From Dehalococcoidales bacterium (GTDB lineage: Bacteria > Chloroflexota > Dehalococcoidia > Dehalococcoidales > DATKVW01), in assembly GCA_035529875.1 (NCBI GenBank), contig DATKVW010000101.1:1-40269 (forward strand): a stretch of 40,269 nucleotides of DNA, in the 5' to 3' direction. Made by a program: the position numbers and the translations under genes. Numbering within the stretch: position 1 is the first letter of the stretch; every line of letters begins with the position of its first letter. This document shows positions 8,412 through 18,389 of this stretch, piece by piece. Below the pieces are notes generated by a model that ran no database searches, had not been told where the DNA came from, and saw only the letters and a list, made by a program, of their open reading frames with translations.

Positions 8412-8618
8412 CTAGTGAGAGCGAGATGCTCCACTTATAATAGGCTCGTTGATATAGACATCGCCATTTCTGATTTTCAGGTTGAAACCACAATCTGGGT
8501 TAGTACAAATCCAGGCTTTGTAATGAACCGCAGCCCCCTGACTACCGAAATCAGATAAAGGTACAAGGTCACCAGTATTGCACTTCTGGCATTTGGGGAA
8601 ATTAGTAGTGTTTTCCAA
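8412..8618 (-). CDS. Small zinc-ribbon protein, function unknown
   Basis: CQKC...CTNPDC Cys4 pattern. A TTG start at 8618 sits 6 nt after GGGAGGTG; the ORF track starts at the GTG at 8627, which lies inside that SD. It is 35 nt upstream of comF on the same strand. Confidence 0.5.
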   Translation of the reverse strand: MENTTNFPKCQKCNTGDLVPLSDFGSQGAAVHYKAWICTNPDCGFNLKIRNGDVYINEPIISGASRSH

Positions 8619-8653
8619 GGAATCCACCTCCCAACCGAATTTGAATTTCGTGT

Positions 8654-8682
8654 AGTATACACTAAATAATCATTATTGACAA
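8654..8682 (-). promoter_or_regulatory. Promoter candidate for the zinc-ribbon/comF/hpf/ogt gene string
   Basis: Minus strand reads TTGTCA (8682-8677), 17-nt spacer, TATACT (8659-8654). Confidence 0.45.
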
Positions 8683-8705
8683 GTGCTTTTCTAGACGATT
8701 ATACG
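8676..8705 (+). promoter_or_regulatory. Divergent promoter candidate sharing the -35 region
   Basis: Plus strand reads TTGACA (8676-8681), 18-nt spacer, TATACG (8700-8705). Its -35 overlaps the minus-strand -35 by 5 nt. Confidence 0.3.
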
Positions 8706-8754
8706 CGGACTTGAGCTACAGCGTCAAGCAGGATGGCTTGAAATTGTTTATTAA

Positions 8755-8985
8755 ACTTACCCCCTCTTATACACCCTGCTTAAATAAGCCCAATCCTCAA
8801 AGGGGAAGAGATTTTAGAGAGGGGCGAAGCCTATAGTGAAATCCTAAATTCCAAGCACGAAATTCTAAACAAATTCAAAGCGCTAATTACTAAAACCCAA
8901 GAAACCAAATCCTTAGGCTTTGAATCTAGGATTTAGAAATTAGAATTTATTCTTGGAAGGGGGTCAGGGGGATAGGTTGCTAAAC
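8755..8985 (+). repeat. GC-rich modular hairpin repeat, copy 4 (truncated H2, H3 left arm, inverted X, tail)
   Basis: CCCCTCTTATACACCCTGCTTAAATAAGCCC matches 4333-4363. GATTTTAGAGAGGGGCGAAGCC matches 226-246. The tail GGAAGGGGGTCAGGGGGATAGGTTGCTAAAC lies at 8955-8985. Confidence 0.8.
8837..8947 (-). mobile_element. AT-rich MITE-like module X, copy 2 (long form, inverted relative to the other copies)
   Basis: Its reverse complement aligns along its full length with 34431-34540, with scattered substitutions and 1-3-nt indels. The ends carry repeated TTCTAAA/TTTAGAA heptamers in inverted orientation. Confidence 0.45.
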
Positions 8986-9081
8986 AGTCTCTAAATAAAG
9001 CGATGACCCCTCTCCAATAAAGGTTATAGGCTATCTGAAAAAGCGGTTTGCTCAGACTGGAAAGGGGTGCGAGGAAAAATC

Positions 9082-9255
9082 GTGCCCAAAGCACCGAAAA
9101 TGTATGTGCCTTGCCCTTATTGTGGATGGTATGGACCAAACACCTTTGAAATGGTGTCAAGGAAAGGCATCACTAGTCCTGACCCAAGCAACGCAGCACA
9201 ATGGGAACTAATCTGCACATGTTGTAAGCGTAAGATAGACCAAAAAGAGCTGTAG
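9082..9255 (+). CDS. Small zinc-ribbon protein, function unknown
   Basis: CPYCG...CTCC Cys pattern. The GTG at 9082 sits 6 nt after GAGGA; the ORF track starts at the GTG at 9067. Confidence 0.4.
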   Translation: MPKAPKMYVPCPYCGWYGPNTFEMVSRKGITSPDPSNAAQWELICTCCKRKIDQKEL

Positions 9256-9301
9256 AGAAACTTATCAAGAGCAGTGGCAACTATAAGCCTCTCTAAGTTG
9301 G

Positions 9302-9321
9302 AAAAACTAGGGATTCCCCTA
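9302..9321 (-). terminator. Candidate intrinsic terminator after rpsI
   Basis: Minus strand has TAGGG-GAAT-CCCTA followed by GTTTTT, 13 nt after the rpsI stop. The stem is short. Confidence 0.4.
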
Positions 9322-9333
9322 ACTAGCTTCGCC

Positions 9334-9735
9334 TTACCGCTTGGTGTATTGAGGTGCTTTACGCGCCCGCCTGAGTCCAGCCTTTTTCCGCTCTTTAGCC
9401 CGAGCGTCCCGGGTAAGTAATTTATTCCCGCGCAGCACGAGCTTAAGCTTCTCGTTAGCTTTTACCAGGGCTCGAGCAATACCGTGAGAAATAGCACCAC
9501 TTTGCCCTGATATACCACCACCGGCTACCTTAATCATAGCATTATACTTGCCCATGCTCTCCGTAACCAAAAGAGGTTCCACTATGGTTCGGCGGTGCTC
9601 AATGCGGGGGAATCTCTCCTCATAGGGCATACCATTGACAATAATGGCACCATCACCCGGTAACAACCTTACCCGAGCTACCGCTGTCTTGCGTCTGCCT
9701 GTTCCATAAAAATAAGTCTGCTTTTGCTTTTCCAT
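9334..9735 (-). CDS. rpsI: 30S ribosomal protein S9
   Basis: YGTGRRKTAVARVRL and the C-terminal KAPQYTKR; follows rplM. Confidence 0.95.
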   Translation of the reverse strand: MEKQKQTYFYGTGRRKTAVARVRLLPGDGAIIVNGMPYEERFPRIEHRRTIVEPLLVTESMGKYNAMIKVAGGGISGQSGAISHGIARALVKANEKLKLVLRGNKLLTRDARAKERKKAGLRRARKAPQYTKR

Positions 9736-9751
9736 CTGAACTTTATTCCCT

Positions 9752-10189
9752 TTAAGCTTTTGTTAAGCTACCCCCCTCTTTAGTCTGCGCCAGATGGGGA
9801 TGAGTCTCACCGACATAGACCTTTAGCTTCTTCAACATACTAGCCCCAAGTCGGTTATGAGGCAGCATACCCTTGACAGCATGCTCAATCACCCGGGTAG
9901 GATTAGTCTGCATCATCTTCTCCAAGCTAACGCTTTTCAGTCCGCCGGGATAGCCGGAATGTCGGTAATAAAGCTTCTGCTTGGCTTTATTACCGGTAAC
10001 CCGCACCTTCTCGGCATTGATAACAACGACATAATCACCGGTATCCTGATTACGACTGAATATCGGCTTGTGCTTGCCCATAAGTAATTTGGCTACCTGG
10101 GTAGCCATCCTGCCCAGGACTTTATCCGCGGCATCAATAACATGCCACTGTCGCTCAATCTCAGAAGTCTTAGCTATCAAGGTTTTCAT
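9752..10189 (-). CDS. rplM: 50S ribosomal protein L13
   Basis: [20 protein letters not shown] is a typical L13 N-terminus. The ATG at 10189 shares one nucleotide with the truA TGA; the ORF-track start at 10243 would lie inside truA. Confidence 0.93.
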   Translation of the reverse strand: MKTLIAKTSEIERQWHVIDAADKVLGRMATQVAKLLMGKHKPIFSRNQDTGDYVVVINAEKVRVTGNKAKQKLYYRHSGYPGGLKSVSLEKMMQTNPTRVIEHAVKGMLPHNRLGASMLKKLKVYVGETHPHLAQTKEGGSLTKA

Positions 10190-10953
10190 CAATTCTCCCC
10201 AAACGAATATGGATAATTTACCCGCATCAGGCACAGTCCACAAGCCGGAGCCGTTGGTCTTGCCAGACCCGGGGTTTTTGACTCGGTTATCTGATAAAAT
10301 TCATCGACACTCATCTTACCCTGCCCCACTTTGATTAAGGGACCCACTGTATTGCGCACCTGATGGGGTAAGAAGGAGTTAGCTACTATATTAAACATCA
10401 CCATTTCCCCTATTCTCTCTACCTCGGCCCTATACACGCTTCGTCTCGTATGTTTTATATCAGCACTGATACAACCAATAAATGAGGCAAAATCATGCTC
10501 ACCAATAAGAGCCTGACACGCCTGATTCATAGCCTCTATATTTAAGTCCCTGGCAACCAGGTAAGCAAAGCCTCCCCTGATTGGAGAACGAGTCAAGCTA
10601 TTTAATATATAATAGTGATACTCCCGGCTCAAAGCATCCCGCCTGGCATTAACCGAATTTTCCACCCGGTATGCTGCCTTAATGACAATATCCTCAGGCA
10701 AATAATAATTTAGCCCGGTAACAAATGTCCGCACAGGAAGAGTGGACTTAGTCCTGAAGCTAGCCACCTGTCCCAGAGCGTGAACTCCAGCGTCAGTCCG
10801 ACTAGCTGCCATCACCCGGGTCCTTTCCCCGGTAAGCTTCCGCAGTGCCTTTTCCGTCTCCCCCTGAATAGTAGGTAGTTTAGCCTGTAGCTGGAAGCCG
10901 TGATAATTGGTGCCATCATACTCCATAATTAATACAATCCTGGTAGATTCCAC
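10189..10953 (-). CDS. truA: tRNA pseudouridine(38-40) synthase TruA
   Basis: [13 protein letters not shown] and the catalytic RTDAGVHA motif. The GTG start overlaps the rplQ TAG by 1 nt. Confidence 0.92.
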   Translation of the reverse strand: MESTRIVLIMEYDGTNYHGFQLQAKLPTIQGETEKALRKLTGERTRVMAASRTDAGVHALGQVASFRTKSTLPVRTFVTGLNYYLPEDIVIKAAYRVENSVNARRDALSREYHYYILNSLTRSPIRGGFAYLVARDLNIEAMNQACQALIGEHDFASFIGCISADIKHTRRSVYRAEVERIGEMVMFNIVANSFLPHQVRNTVGPLIKVGQGKMSVDEFYQITESKTPGLARPTAPACGLCLMRVNYPYSFGEN

Positions 10954-11306
10954 TACTTTACTAACTCAAGCTGAGCCATAGGTGCCCCATCACCCAACCT
11001 GGGTCCCAGCTTAGTGATACGAGTATAGCCACCGGAGCGCTCGGCATACCGCGAGGCAAGCTCACTAAATACCTTATCGGTCACTGCTTTATCCAGGATA
11101 AAGGCTAATGCCTGACGCCGGGAGTGAAGTCCCCCATTCTTAGCCAAGGTAATCATCTTCTCCGCCAAGCCACGCACCTCTTTAGCCTTAGCCTCGGTGG
11201 TAGTAATCTTCTCGTAGCCTAGCAGGTCGGTTACCAGGTTACGATACATAGCGCGGCGGTGACCTGAGGGTCTGCCCAACGTCCTACCAGCTACTTTATG
11301 CCTCAT
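10953..11306 (-). CDS. rplQ: 50S ribosomal protein L17
   Basis: [24 protein letters not shown]; follows rpoA. Confidence 0.95.
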   Translation of the reverse strand: MRHKVAGRTLGRPSGHRRAMYRNLVTDLLGYEKITTTEAKAKEVRGLAEKMITLAKNGGLHSRRQALAFILDKAVTDKVFSELASRYAERSGGYTRITKLGPRLGDGAPMAQLELVK

Positions 11307-12264
11307 TCTCGGTCTCCTCTTCTTCCTCTTTGACCCGAGGGGTAAGGGACAGCCCTAATGCATTGAGGTGCTCTTCTAACTCCTTCTTAGATTTCTGCCC
11401 GAAATTGCGCAACGCCAGCAATTCCCGCTCCTCTCTGCCGATAACCTCGCCTATGGTATTAATACCGGCACGCCTTAAGCTATTCAGCGTCCGTGTCGAT
11501 AAGTCCAAATCGGCCAATGGCATATTGAACTGCTCCTCAGGAATAGATAGACGAACGAACTCTTTCTCCTCCTCTACCTTGGTAACCTTGGCATAATCCA
11601 CAAACGGGGTCAACTGCTTTATCAGAATGTCAGCGCCCTGGTTGATTGCCTCTGCTGGTAGTATCGTGCCATCAGTCCATACCTCAAGATACAGCCGCTC
11701 GTTACCAGCCTCTCGACCAACACGAGTTGGCTCAGTGGTAAAATTGACCTTGGATATTGGGGTAAAGACAGCATCCACTGGAATTACCCCGATAGGTAAA
11801 TTATCACCGGACTCAGCCAGCTGGTAGCCTCTACCCAGCTCCACATCAAACTCCACATAAAGCTTGGCTTCAGGAGAATCTAAGGTTACTAAATAAAGCT
11901 CAGGGTTGACGATTTCAAAATCGGTGGAGGGCTTAATATCAGCGGCACAAACCTGTCCCTCCCCCTCTACGTCCAGTATCAACTTACCCGGTCGACCAGA
12001 AAGAGATTTTATCCTCAGTTGCTTGACATTGAGTAAAAACTCAGTAGCATCTTCCTTCACGTTAGGAATGTTAGAGAACTCGTGCTGAATCCCTTCAATC
12101 CTAAACCGGGTCACCGCTGCTCCAAGAAGATAGCTAAACAGTACTCGTCGCAAGGAATTACCCAGGGTAACGCCAAAGCCTTTTTGTAGTGGCTCAACGA
12201 GAAATCGCCCGAAGTTATCTTGACTCTCAACACACTCAATACTAGGTATTACCAAGAGGGACAA
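11296..12264 (-). CDS. rpoA: DNA-directed RNA polymerase alpha subunit
   Basis: [14 protein letters not shown] in the N-terminal domain and [19 protein letters not shown] in the C-terminal domain. TTG start preceded by GGGGAGG. Confidence 0.95.
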   Translation of the reverse strand: MSLLVIPSIECVESQDNFGRFLVEPLQKGFGVTLGNSLRRVLFSYLLGAAVTRFRIEGIQHEFSNIPNVKEDATEFLLNVKQLRIKSLSGRPGKLILDVEGEGQVCAADIKPSTDFEIVNPELYLVTLDSPEAKLYVEFDVELGRGYQLAESGDNLPIGVIPVDAVFTPISKVNFTTEPTRVGREAGNERLYLEVWTDGTILPAEAINQGADILIKQLTPFVDYAKVTKVEEEKEFVRLSIPEEQFNMPLADLDLSTRTLNSLRRAGINTIGEVIGREERELLALRNFGQKSKKELEEHLNALGLSLTPRVKEEEEETENEA

Positions 12265-12289
12265 ACTACTACCTCCCCGTCAACTAAAA

Positions 12290-12916
12290 TTATCGTGAGT
12301 AATATTCAACAATGGTTTTATCATCAAATTTAGCCCCGATGTCATCGGGGGTGGGCAGGGATGAAACCTGACCAACGAGCTTTTGCCTATCCAGACTCAA
12401 CCAGTTTAAAACAGTCTTTGACTCTATAGTCTCAGCCAGCTGTTTATAATATTCAGTCTGGGTACTCTTCTCGTGCCAGCTAATGGTATCGCCTTCCTTA
12501 ACCAGACAAGAAGGTATATCAGTCTTACGTCCGCTAAGCAAAATATGTCCGTGCTGAACTAACTGGCGAGCCTGAGCACGAGAATCAGCAAAGCCTAAAC
12601 GATATACCACATTATCCAGCCGTCTCTCCAGCAGCACCAATAGATTCTCCCCGGTGATGCCCGATTGTCTCTCGGCGCTGGCAAAAATTCGCCGGAACTG
12701 CCTCTCCAGAATTCCATAAGTATGGCGGGCTTTCTGCTTTTCTTTCAACTGAAGACCGCGGTCGGAAAGTCGACGACGCCGACCGAGCTGCTGCCCCGGT
12801 GGTTTGGCTCGTCTCTCCAGCGCACACTTAGCACTGAGGCACCTGCTGCCTTTAAGCATTAACTTATCGCCGCTACGGCGACACAATCGACAAACTGCAC
12901 CTGTATATCTTGCCAT
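12290..12916 (-). CDS. rpsD: 30S ribosomal protein S4
   Basis: [15 protein letters not shown]-terminus, with GAGGA 5 nt upstream of the ATG at 12916. The ORF-track start at 12958 would overlap rpsK. Confidence 0.93.
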   Translation of the reverse strand: MARYTGAVCRLCRRSGDKLMLKGSRCLSAKCALERRAKPPGQQLGRRRRLSDRGLQLKEKQKARHTYGILERQFRRIFASAERQSGITGENLLVLLERRLDNVVYRLGFADSRAQARQLVQHGHILLSGRKTDIPSCLVKEGDTISWHEKSTQTEYYKQLAETIESKTVLNWLSLDRQKLVGQVSSLPTPDDIGAKFDDKTIVEYYSR

Positions 12917-12927
12917 CTCTCTGTCCT

Positions 12928-13320
12928 CTACACCCGCCTTCTCTTGGGAGGGCGACAACCATTATGGGGGATGGGGGTTACATCCCTGATGCCAGTAATG
13001 TAAAGCCCCGAACCCTGTAGAGCACGAATAGCCGCCTCGCGCCCACTGCCCGGACCCTTAACATAAACCTCTACCTGACGCAAGCCGTGCTCCTTAGCTT
13101 TACGGACAGCATCCTGAGCCGCTAGCTGAGCTGCATAGGGAGTGCCCTTCCGTGAGCCCTTAAATCCAGCCGTACCCGAACTCCCCCAGGCGATGACATT
13201 CCCCTGAGGGTCGGTGAGGGTTACTATGGTATTGTTAAAAGTAGACTGAATATAGGCTTTCCCTGCCGGGATTGACTTGCGTTCCCGCCTTCTTGCTTTG
13301 GTTCGCTTCTTCTGTGGCAT
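12928..13320 (-). CDS. rpsK: 30S ribosomal protein S11
   Basis: [16 protein letters not shown] and the C-terminal [13 protein letters not shown]. Confidence 0.95.
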   Translation of the reverse strand: MPQKKRTKARRRERKSIPAGKAYIQSTFNNTIVTLTDPQGNVIAWGSSGTAGFKGSRKGTPYAAQLAAQDAVRKAKEHGLRQVEVYVKGPGSGREAAIRALQGSGLYITGIRDVTPIPHNGCRPPKRRRV

Positions 13321-13347
13321 TCTATTCTCCTAACTAACTACACTTGG

Positions 13348-13737
13348 TTATTTCTTCGTCATACCACGCCGCTGTCCTCTACCAGCTACCGTTTTGCGAG
13401 GACCGCGCTTGGTGCGAGCATTGGTTCGCGTCCGCTGTCCTCTACTCGGCAAGCTATGACGATGTCTGGCACCCCGGTAACTACCAATCTCGATAAGACG
13501 TTTAATATTAAGGTCAACCCCTTTTCTAAGCTCACCCTCTACCCGGTACTCCCGGTCAATAATTTCACGAAGACGATTAACCTCTTCCTCGGTAAGGTCT
13601 TCCGTCTTAACATCAGGATTTATACCAGTCTGGTCTAGAATCTTCTGGCTCAAACTGGGTCCAATCCCATAGATATACTGTAACGAAATGCCAATGTGCT
13701 TATTTCTTGGTAAATCTACCCCGGCAATACGCGCCAT
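13348..13737 (-). CDS. rpsM: 30S ribosomal protein S13
   Basis: [26 protein letters not shown]. Confidence 0.95.
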   Translation of the reverse strand: MARIAGVDLPRNKHIGISLQYIYGIGPSLSQKILDQTGINPDVKTEDLTEEEVNRLREIIDREYRVEGELRKGVDLNIKRLIEIGSYRGARHRHSLPSRGQRTRTNARTKRGPRKTVAGRGQRRGMTKK

Positions 13738-13762
13738 CTATTTCCTCCTTACCCACATATGA

Positions 13763-13876
13763 TTAGCCCTGTTTCTGCTTGTGCTTAGGGTTGGAGCAAA
13801 TAACCCTGACCACACCCCGCCGCTTCACCACCTTGCACTTATCACATCTAACTTTAACTGAAGCTCTAACTTTCAT
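13763..13876 (-). CDS. rpmJ: 50S ribosomal protein L36 (absent from the ORF track, 37 aa)
   Basis: Hand translation of the minus strand gives [37 protein letters not shown] followed by a stop. It has the CxxC...C...H zinc pattern and sits in the canonical infA-rpmJ-rpsM position. Confidence 0.9.
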   Translation of the reverse strand: MKVRASVKVRCDKCKVVKRRGVVRVICSNPKHKQKQG

Positions 13877-13889
13877 AATAATATCCTGT

Positions 13890-14108
13890 TTATTTTAACC
13901 GGTAGGTAATCCTACCACGACTCAGGTCATAAGGGGAAAGCTCCAACAGTACCTTATCCCCGGGTAAGATTTTAATATAATGCAATCTTATCTTACCCGA
14001 AATGTGAGCCAGCACCTTATGCCCATTAGGCAACTCCACACGAAACATGGCATTAGGTAGCGGCTCCACTACCGTCCCCTCAACCTCAATAGCCTCCTTC
14101 TTAGACAT
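13890..14108 (-). CDS. infA: Translation initiation factor IF-1
   Basis: [23 protein letters not shown]...GRITYR. Confidence 0.95.
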   Translation of the reverse strand: MSKKEAIEVEGTVVEPLPNAMFRVELPNGHKVLAHISGKIRLHYIKILPGDKVLLELSPYDLSRGRITYRLK

Positions 14109-14119
14109 ATACCTCTTCT

Positions 14120-14869
14120 CTACACAATAGTAAGTACTTCTGGTTCGACATCAGTAATAGCAATGGTATGCTCAAAGTGTGCCGACAGACTGCCATCAGC
14201 AGTTAACACCGTCCAGTGGTCATCACCAAGTCGGGTCTGCCAGTCACCAAGATTAACCATAGGTTCCAGGGCAAGGGTCATGCCCTTCTTCAATACCGGA
14301 CCCGTTCCCGGCAGACCAAAATTAGGTATCTGAGGTTCCTCGTGCATATCACGCCCGATGCCATGCCCGGTATACTCACGCACCACCGAATAGCCCCGTG
14401 ACTCAGCATAATCCTGAATGGCAGCAGAAACATCTCCCAATCTTGCCCCAGGACGAGCCGCATTAATGCCAGCCTCTAAAGCACCTTTGGTAGCCTCCAT
14501 TAGCTTCTTTGCCTTTGGTTTAATCTTGCCAACGCCTACCGTCACCGCAGCATCACCATGAAAACCACCAAAAATGGCGCCAAAGTCAAGGGATACAATA
14601 TCACCTTCATTTAAGACTCTCTCCCCGGGAATCCCGTGCACTATCTCATCATTCACGGATACACAGAGATTAGCCGGAAAGCCCCGGTATCCCTTAAACG
14701 AAGGTTTAGCTCCCAGTCTCTCTACTTCCCTAGCCGTAATAATGTCCAACTCCTTGGTCTTCATTCCCGGTTTTATCTGCTTACTCAGTATTTTCAATAT
14801 GGTTGCCACAATCCTGCCCGCTTGCCGCATAGTGGCAATCTCCCGTTCTGACTTAATAATTATACTCAT
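14120..14869 (-). CDS. map: Type I methionine aminopeptidase
   Basis: Metal-ligand context [17 protein letters not shown]...HGIG...LALEP...EHT. Confidence 0.93.
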   Translation of the reverse strand: MSIIIKSEREIATMRQAGRIVATILKILSKQIKPGMKTKELDIITAREVERLGAKPSFKGYRGFPANLCVSVNDEIVHGIPGERVLNEGDIVSLDFGAIFGGFHGDAAVTVGVGKIKPKAKKLMEATKGALEAGINAARPGARLGDVSAAIQDYAESRGYSVVREYTGHGIGRDMHEEPQIPNFGLPGTGPVLKKGMTLALEPMVNLGDWQTRLGDDHWTVLTADGSLSAHFEHTIAITDVEPEVLTIV

Positions 14870-15534
14870 TTCTGACTTGAATGAACAGGCTCTCCACGGA
14901 GGGCAGTCACTATTCTCTTCCCCACCTCGTCAACACTGCCCTCTCCATCTATATCCAACAATTTACCTGCCCGGGTATAATAATCAATAAGAGGGGCTGT
15001 CTCGGCAAAATAAACCTGCAGCCGTTTTTTAGCTGTTTTAACAGTATCATCAGGGCGCTGATACAGCTCACCACCGCACCGGTCACATTTGCCCCGAACC
15101 CTGGGCGGAGAATTCACCATATGGTATGGCGTCTGGCAATTACGACAAATCCAGCGCCCGCTCAATCGCCTCAGCAATTCCTCCTCGCCAACCTTGATAT
15201 ATACCACCTTATCTATTGTCTTACCCTGCCGGGCAAGAGTTTTATCCAGAGCCTCAGCCTGGTTGAGATTACGAGGAAACCCATCAAAAATTACCCCATG
15301 CTCACAGTCTGTAGCTGACATACGTTCCAGAACCATTTGCACTGTTATTTCGTCAGGAACCAGCGCCCCCTTCTCCATATAAGCCTTAGCCTTCATACCT
15401 AAAGCTGTCCCCTGCTCCAGTGCCTGCCGGAACAGGTCACCGGAAGCAATATATGCCAAGTTAAGCTCCTGTGCTATAGAAGCTGCCTGTGTTCCTTTGC
15501 CTGCCCCTGGGGCGCCCAGAAAGATAATATGCAC
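14866..15534 (-). CDS. adk: Adenylate kinase
   Basis: P-loop GAPGAGKGTQA and a Cys4 lid (CRNC...CDRCG). There is a 4-nt overlap with map. Confidence 0.95.
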   Translation of the reverse strand: MHIIFLGAPGAGKGTQAASIAQELNLAYIASGDLFRQALEQGTALGMKAKAYMEKGALVPDEITVQMVLERMSATDCEHGVIFDGFPRNLNQAEALDKTLARQGKTIDKVVYIKVGEEELLRRLSGRWICRNCQTPYHMVNSPPRVRGKCDRCGGELYQRPDDTVKTAKKRLQVYFAETAPLIDYYTRAGKLLDIDGEGSVDEVGKRIVTALRGEPVHSSQK

Positions 15535-15548
15535 TCTTTACTTTACTC

Positions 15549-16859
15549 CTATTTGATAAAGCCTTCGTAGCGGCGCAATACCAACTGCGCCTCCATCTGC
15601 TTCATAGTATCCAAGACAACACCAACCACAATAAGCATACCCATACTGGACAGCTGTAGCACCTGAACATTGGTAATCTCCCGAGCCACAAAGGGCATTG
15701 CCGCCACCAAACCAAGGAAGATAGCCCCTGCCCAGGTAATATGCCTGATAACTCCGTTAAGGTAATCAGCGGTATTCTTCCCCGGTCTAATCCCAGGAAC
15801 AAACCCGCCCTGTTGTTGCAGGGTACCGGGCAAATTCTGCTGCTCAAAAATTATCATGGTATAGAAGAAGGCAAAAGCCACTGTCAGCAGAAAATATGCT
15901 CCCCAGTAAAATAAGCCCATAGGCAACGCCGCACTGGGGTCAAATAGACGCATAATAAAATCAGCTATGTTAGGATCAGCGGGATTGGCAAAATAGCTGG
16001 CGACAACGCCGGGAAAGACCACCAGCGACATAGCAAAGATAAGGGGTATCATCCCGGCGGTGTTTACTCGCAGCGGGATATAGGTTGAGCCTGCCTGCCG
16101 ATACATACGACCGCTGCGGAATACACTGCGGGCATATTGAACCGGAATGCGCCGGTGGGCTTCAGTAAAGATGACAATAAAGACAGCCGTGGCTAAAGCA
16201 ATGAGCACATAAAGGGCTAAGCCGCCAAACTGTCCTTTAGCCAGAAAGCCCTGACCAATCATTGTCGGTATACCAGCGACAATACCACCAAAGATTATTA
16301 TAGATATGCCGTTACCAATGCCATATTCAGTAATAAGCTCACCTAACCAGATGAGGAATATAGTGCCAGCTATCATTGATAGCACCATAGCTGCCGTAGC
16401 CAAAGGGTCAGCACTAAGGACAACGCCCTCACGCTGTAGATAGATTAGCTGCCCATAGCCCTGAAGACCAGCTAACGGTACGGTGAGCCAGTGGGTAATC
16501 AGATTAATCTTATTCCTGCCCGCCTCTCCTTCCCGGGAAAGTGCCTGCAGCCGTGGGATAACGGGTACCATTAGCTGCATAACAATCGATGCCGTGATAT
16601 AGGGATAAACCCCCATAGCCGCCACGCTGAAATACTTCATGGCACCGCCACTGAACAGGTCAAGCATACCCAGCAGGGCGTTACGCTCAAACAGCGCCGC
16701 CAGGGCATCGGGGTCCACCCCGGGTAGAGGCACATGAGCCACAAAACGGAAAACTACCAGAACGCCCAGAGTAATAAGAATCCGCCGCCTTAAGTCAGGT
16801 AAGCTAAAGGCGTCAATCATTGCCTGTAGAAGTCTGGGTCTAGCCTGTCTCGGGCTCAC
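15549..16859 (-). CDS. secY: Preprotein translocase subunit SecY
   Basis: Multi-pass membrane protein with LPDLRRRILITLGVLVVFR near the N-terminus, in the spc-operon position. The start is either the GTG at 16859 (1-nt overlap with the rplO stop) or the ATG at 16820. Confidence 0.93.
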   Translation of the reverse strand: MSPRQARPRLLQAMIDAFSLPDLRRRILITLGVLVVFRFVAHVPLPGVDPDALAALFERNALLGMLDLFSGGAMKYFSVAAMGVYPYITASIVMQLMVPVIPRLQALSREGEAGRNKINLITHWLTVPLAGLQGYGQLIYLQREGVVLSADPLATAAMVLSMIAGTIFLIWLGELITEYGIGNGISIIIFGGIVAGIPTMIGQGFLAKGQFGGLALYVLIALATAVFIVIFTEAHRRIPVQYARSVFRSGRMYRQAGSTYIPLRVNTAGMIPLIFAMSLVVFPGVVASYFANPADPNIADFIMRLFDPSAALPMGLFYWGAYFLLTVAFAFFYTMIIFEQQNLPGTLQQQGGFVPGIRPGKNTADYLNGVIRHITWAGAIFLGLVAAMPFVAREITNVQVLQLSSMGMLIVVGVVLDTMKQMEAQLVLRRYEGFIK

Positions 16860-17305
16860 TATCCAATCTCCTCCACCGTGCCTCCGGCTGCTTCAATCTT
16901 GGCTTTAGCCGCTGCGGAAAACCTGTTCGCCTTTACCGAGAGGGAACGATTAATATCTCCCCCAGCCAGAATCTTGATCGGGTTCCGTAATGATTTTACC
17001 ACCCTGGCTGCTACCAAACTCTCCGGAGTTATTTCGCTCCCGGGCTCAAACTTATTAAGCCTGCCCACACTAACCACACAATACTCTTTCCGGAAAATAT
17101 TGGTAAAGCCGCGCTTCTGGGGTAAGCGTTGGATTAGAGGCAACTGCCCCCCTTCAAAGCCGGGTTTTGTCCTGAATCCAGAACGGGATTTCTGTCCTTT
17201 ACAGCCCCGCCCAGAATAGGTGCCGTGTCCGCTACCGTCTCCCCGTCCTACTCGCTTTCTCTTTCTCTTAGAACCGGGAGCCGGGGAGAGCTCATCCTGT
17301 CTCAC
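16859..17305 (-). CDS. rplO: 50S ribosomal protein L15
   Basis: KRVGRGDGSGHGTYSGRGCKGQKSRSG. Confidence 0.95.
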   Translation of the reverse strand: MRQDELSPAPGSKRKRKRVGRGDGSGHGTYSGRGCKGQKSRSGFRTKPGFEGGQLPLIQRLPQKRGFTNIFRKEYCVVSVGRLNKFEPGSEITPESLVAARVVKSLRNPIKILAGGDINRSLSVKANRFSAAAKAKIEAAGGTVEEIG

Positions 17306-17486
17306 CAGTTTTCTCCTCCACCTTAATCAAATGCTTCACTTTATTAATCATACCCCGAATTGCCATGGTATCATCATGAGTTATGCTCTGATGCAGCCGA
17401 TGAAAACCGAGAGCCTTCAAGGTTCTTTTCTGAACCTCAGCATAGCCAATGCCACTTTTAACCCAGGTTATGCACAGCTTAGCCAC
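17292..17486 (-). CDS. rpmD: 50S ribosomal protein L30
   Basis: [23 protein letters not shown]; lies between rpsE and rplO. Confidence 0.9.
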   Translation of the reverse strand: MAKLCITWVKSGIGYAEVQKRTLKALGFHRLHQSITHDDTMAIRGMINKVKHLIKVEEKTGETG

Positions 17487-18003
17487 CAGCCACTTCCTCC
17501 TCCACCTTAAGCCCTGGCTTGCGCCTGGCTAGCGCCTCCTTTGGGTTTCTAAGCTGGCTAAGGGCAAGCATTGTCGCCTTAGCCACGTTAATACGATTGG
17601 CACTACCCAGAGATTTAGTCAGGATATCCTTAATTCCGGCGGCCTCAAGCACAGCTCGGATACTGCCACCGGCAATGATGCCTACCCCTGGCGCTGCTGG
17701 TTTTAATAACACCTTGGCGGCGCCAAATCTAACCAGCATTTCGTGAGGAATAGTATTCCCACTCAGGAGCACTTTAATCAGACTCTTTCTGGCAATGGCT
17801 CCGCCTTTATTAATGGCTGCCGGCACCTCATTCGCCTTACCCACACCAATGCCAACATGCCCATCACCATCCCCGGTAACTACCAGGGCGCTAAAGCTGA
17901 GCCGCTTCCCCCCCTTTACCACTTTAGCCACACGATTGATATAAACTAGCTTATCATTTAACGACAGTTCAGTTGGGTCTATCTTACTTATCGGTCCTTT
18001 CAC
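17479..18003 (-). CDS. rpsE: 30S ribosomal protein S5
   Basis: [36 protein letters not shown]. Confidence 0.95.
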   Translation of the reverse strand: MKGPISKIDPTELSLNDKLVYINRVAKVVKGGKRLSFSALVVTGDGDGHVGIGVGKANEVPAAINKGGAIARKSLIKVLLSGNTIPHEMLVRFGAAKVLLKPAAPGVGIIAGGSIRAVLEAAGIKDILTKSLGSANRINVAKATMLALSQLRNPKEALARRKPGLKVEEEVAGG

Positions 18004-18023
18004 CTAATTTAGAACCTTCCTTA

Positions 18024-18389
18024 TCAAAATTTTAATCCTGCCTGCCGGGCGGATTCAGCTAAAGCTTTAACTCTGCCGTGGTATTTATATCCACCCCGGT
18101 CAAAGACCACCTGTTTTATCCCCTTATCCAGAGCGCGCTTCGCTACCAGAGCACCAACAAGCTCGGCCTGATTTTTCTTTACCTTGCCATCTAGCTCGCC
18201 TTTAACCTCAGGCTCCAGGGTTGATGCCGCGACCAAGGTATGTCCCTGTGAATCATCAATCACCTGGGCATAAATATTATTCAGGCTGCGAAAGACACTT
18301 AACCGGGGGCTTGAGCTAGTGCCTGCCACCTTGGTTCTAATCCGGGCATGCCTGTGATAACGACCTAATCTTACCTTATCCTTTATCAC
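18024..18389 (-). CDS. rplR: 50S ribosomal protein L18
   Basis: [19 protein letters not shown]...[17 protein letters not shown]. Confidence 0.95.
   Translation of the reverse strand: MIKDKVRLGRYHRHARIRTKVAGTSSSPRLSVFRSLNNIYAQVIDDSQGHTLVAASTLEPEVKGELDGKVKKNQAELVGALVAKRALDKGIKQVVFDRGGYKYHGRVKALAESARQAGLKF

Noticed and set aside
8710-8728. CTTGAGC-TACAG-CGTCAAG resembles the HspR HAIR operator (CTTGAGT-N7-ACTCAAG).
   Set aside because: Only 5 bp per arm actually pair, the spacer is 5 nt rather than 7, and the neighbouring genes are not chaperones. It is too weak to call.
8933-9160. A 75-aa minus-strand ORF and other ORFs spanning repeat elements (for example 38481-38910, minus strand).
   Set aside because: They read through non-coding repeat, promoter or pseudogene sequence. 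They have no SD or conserved motifs and conflict with better-supported features.
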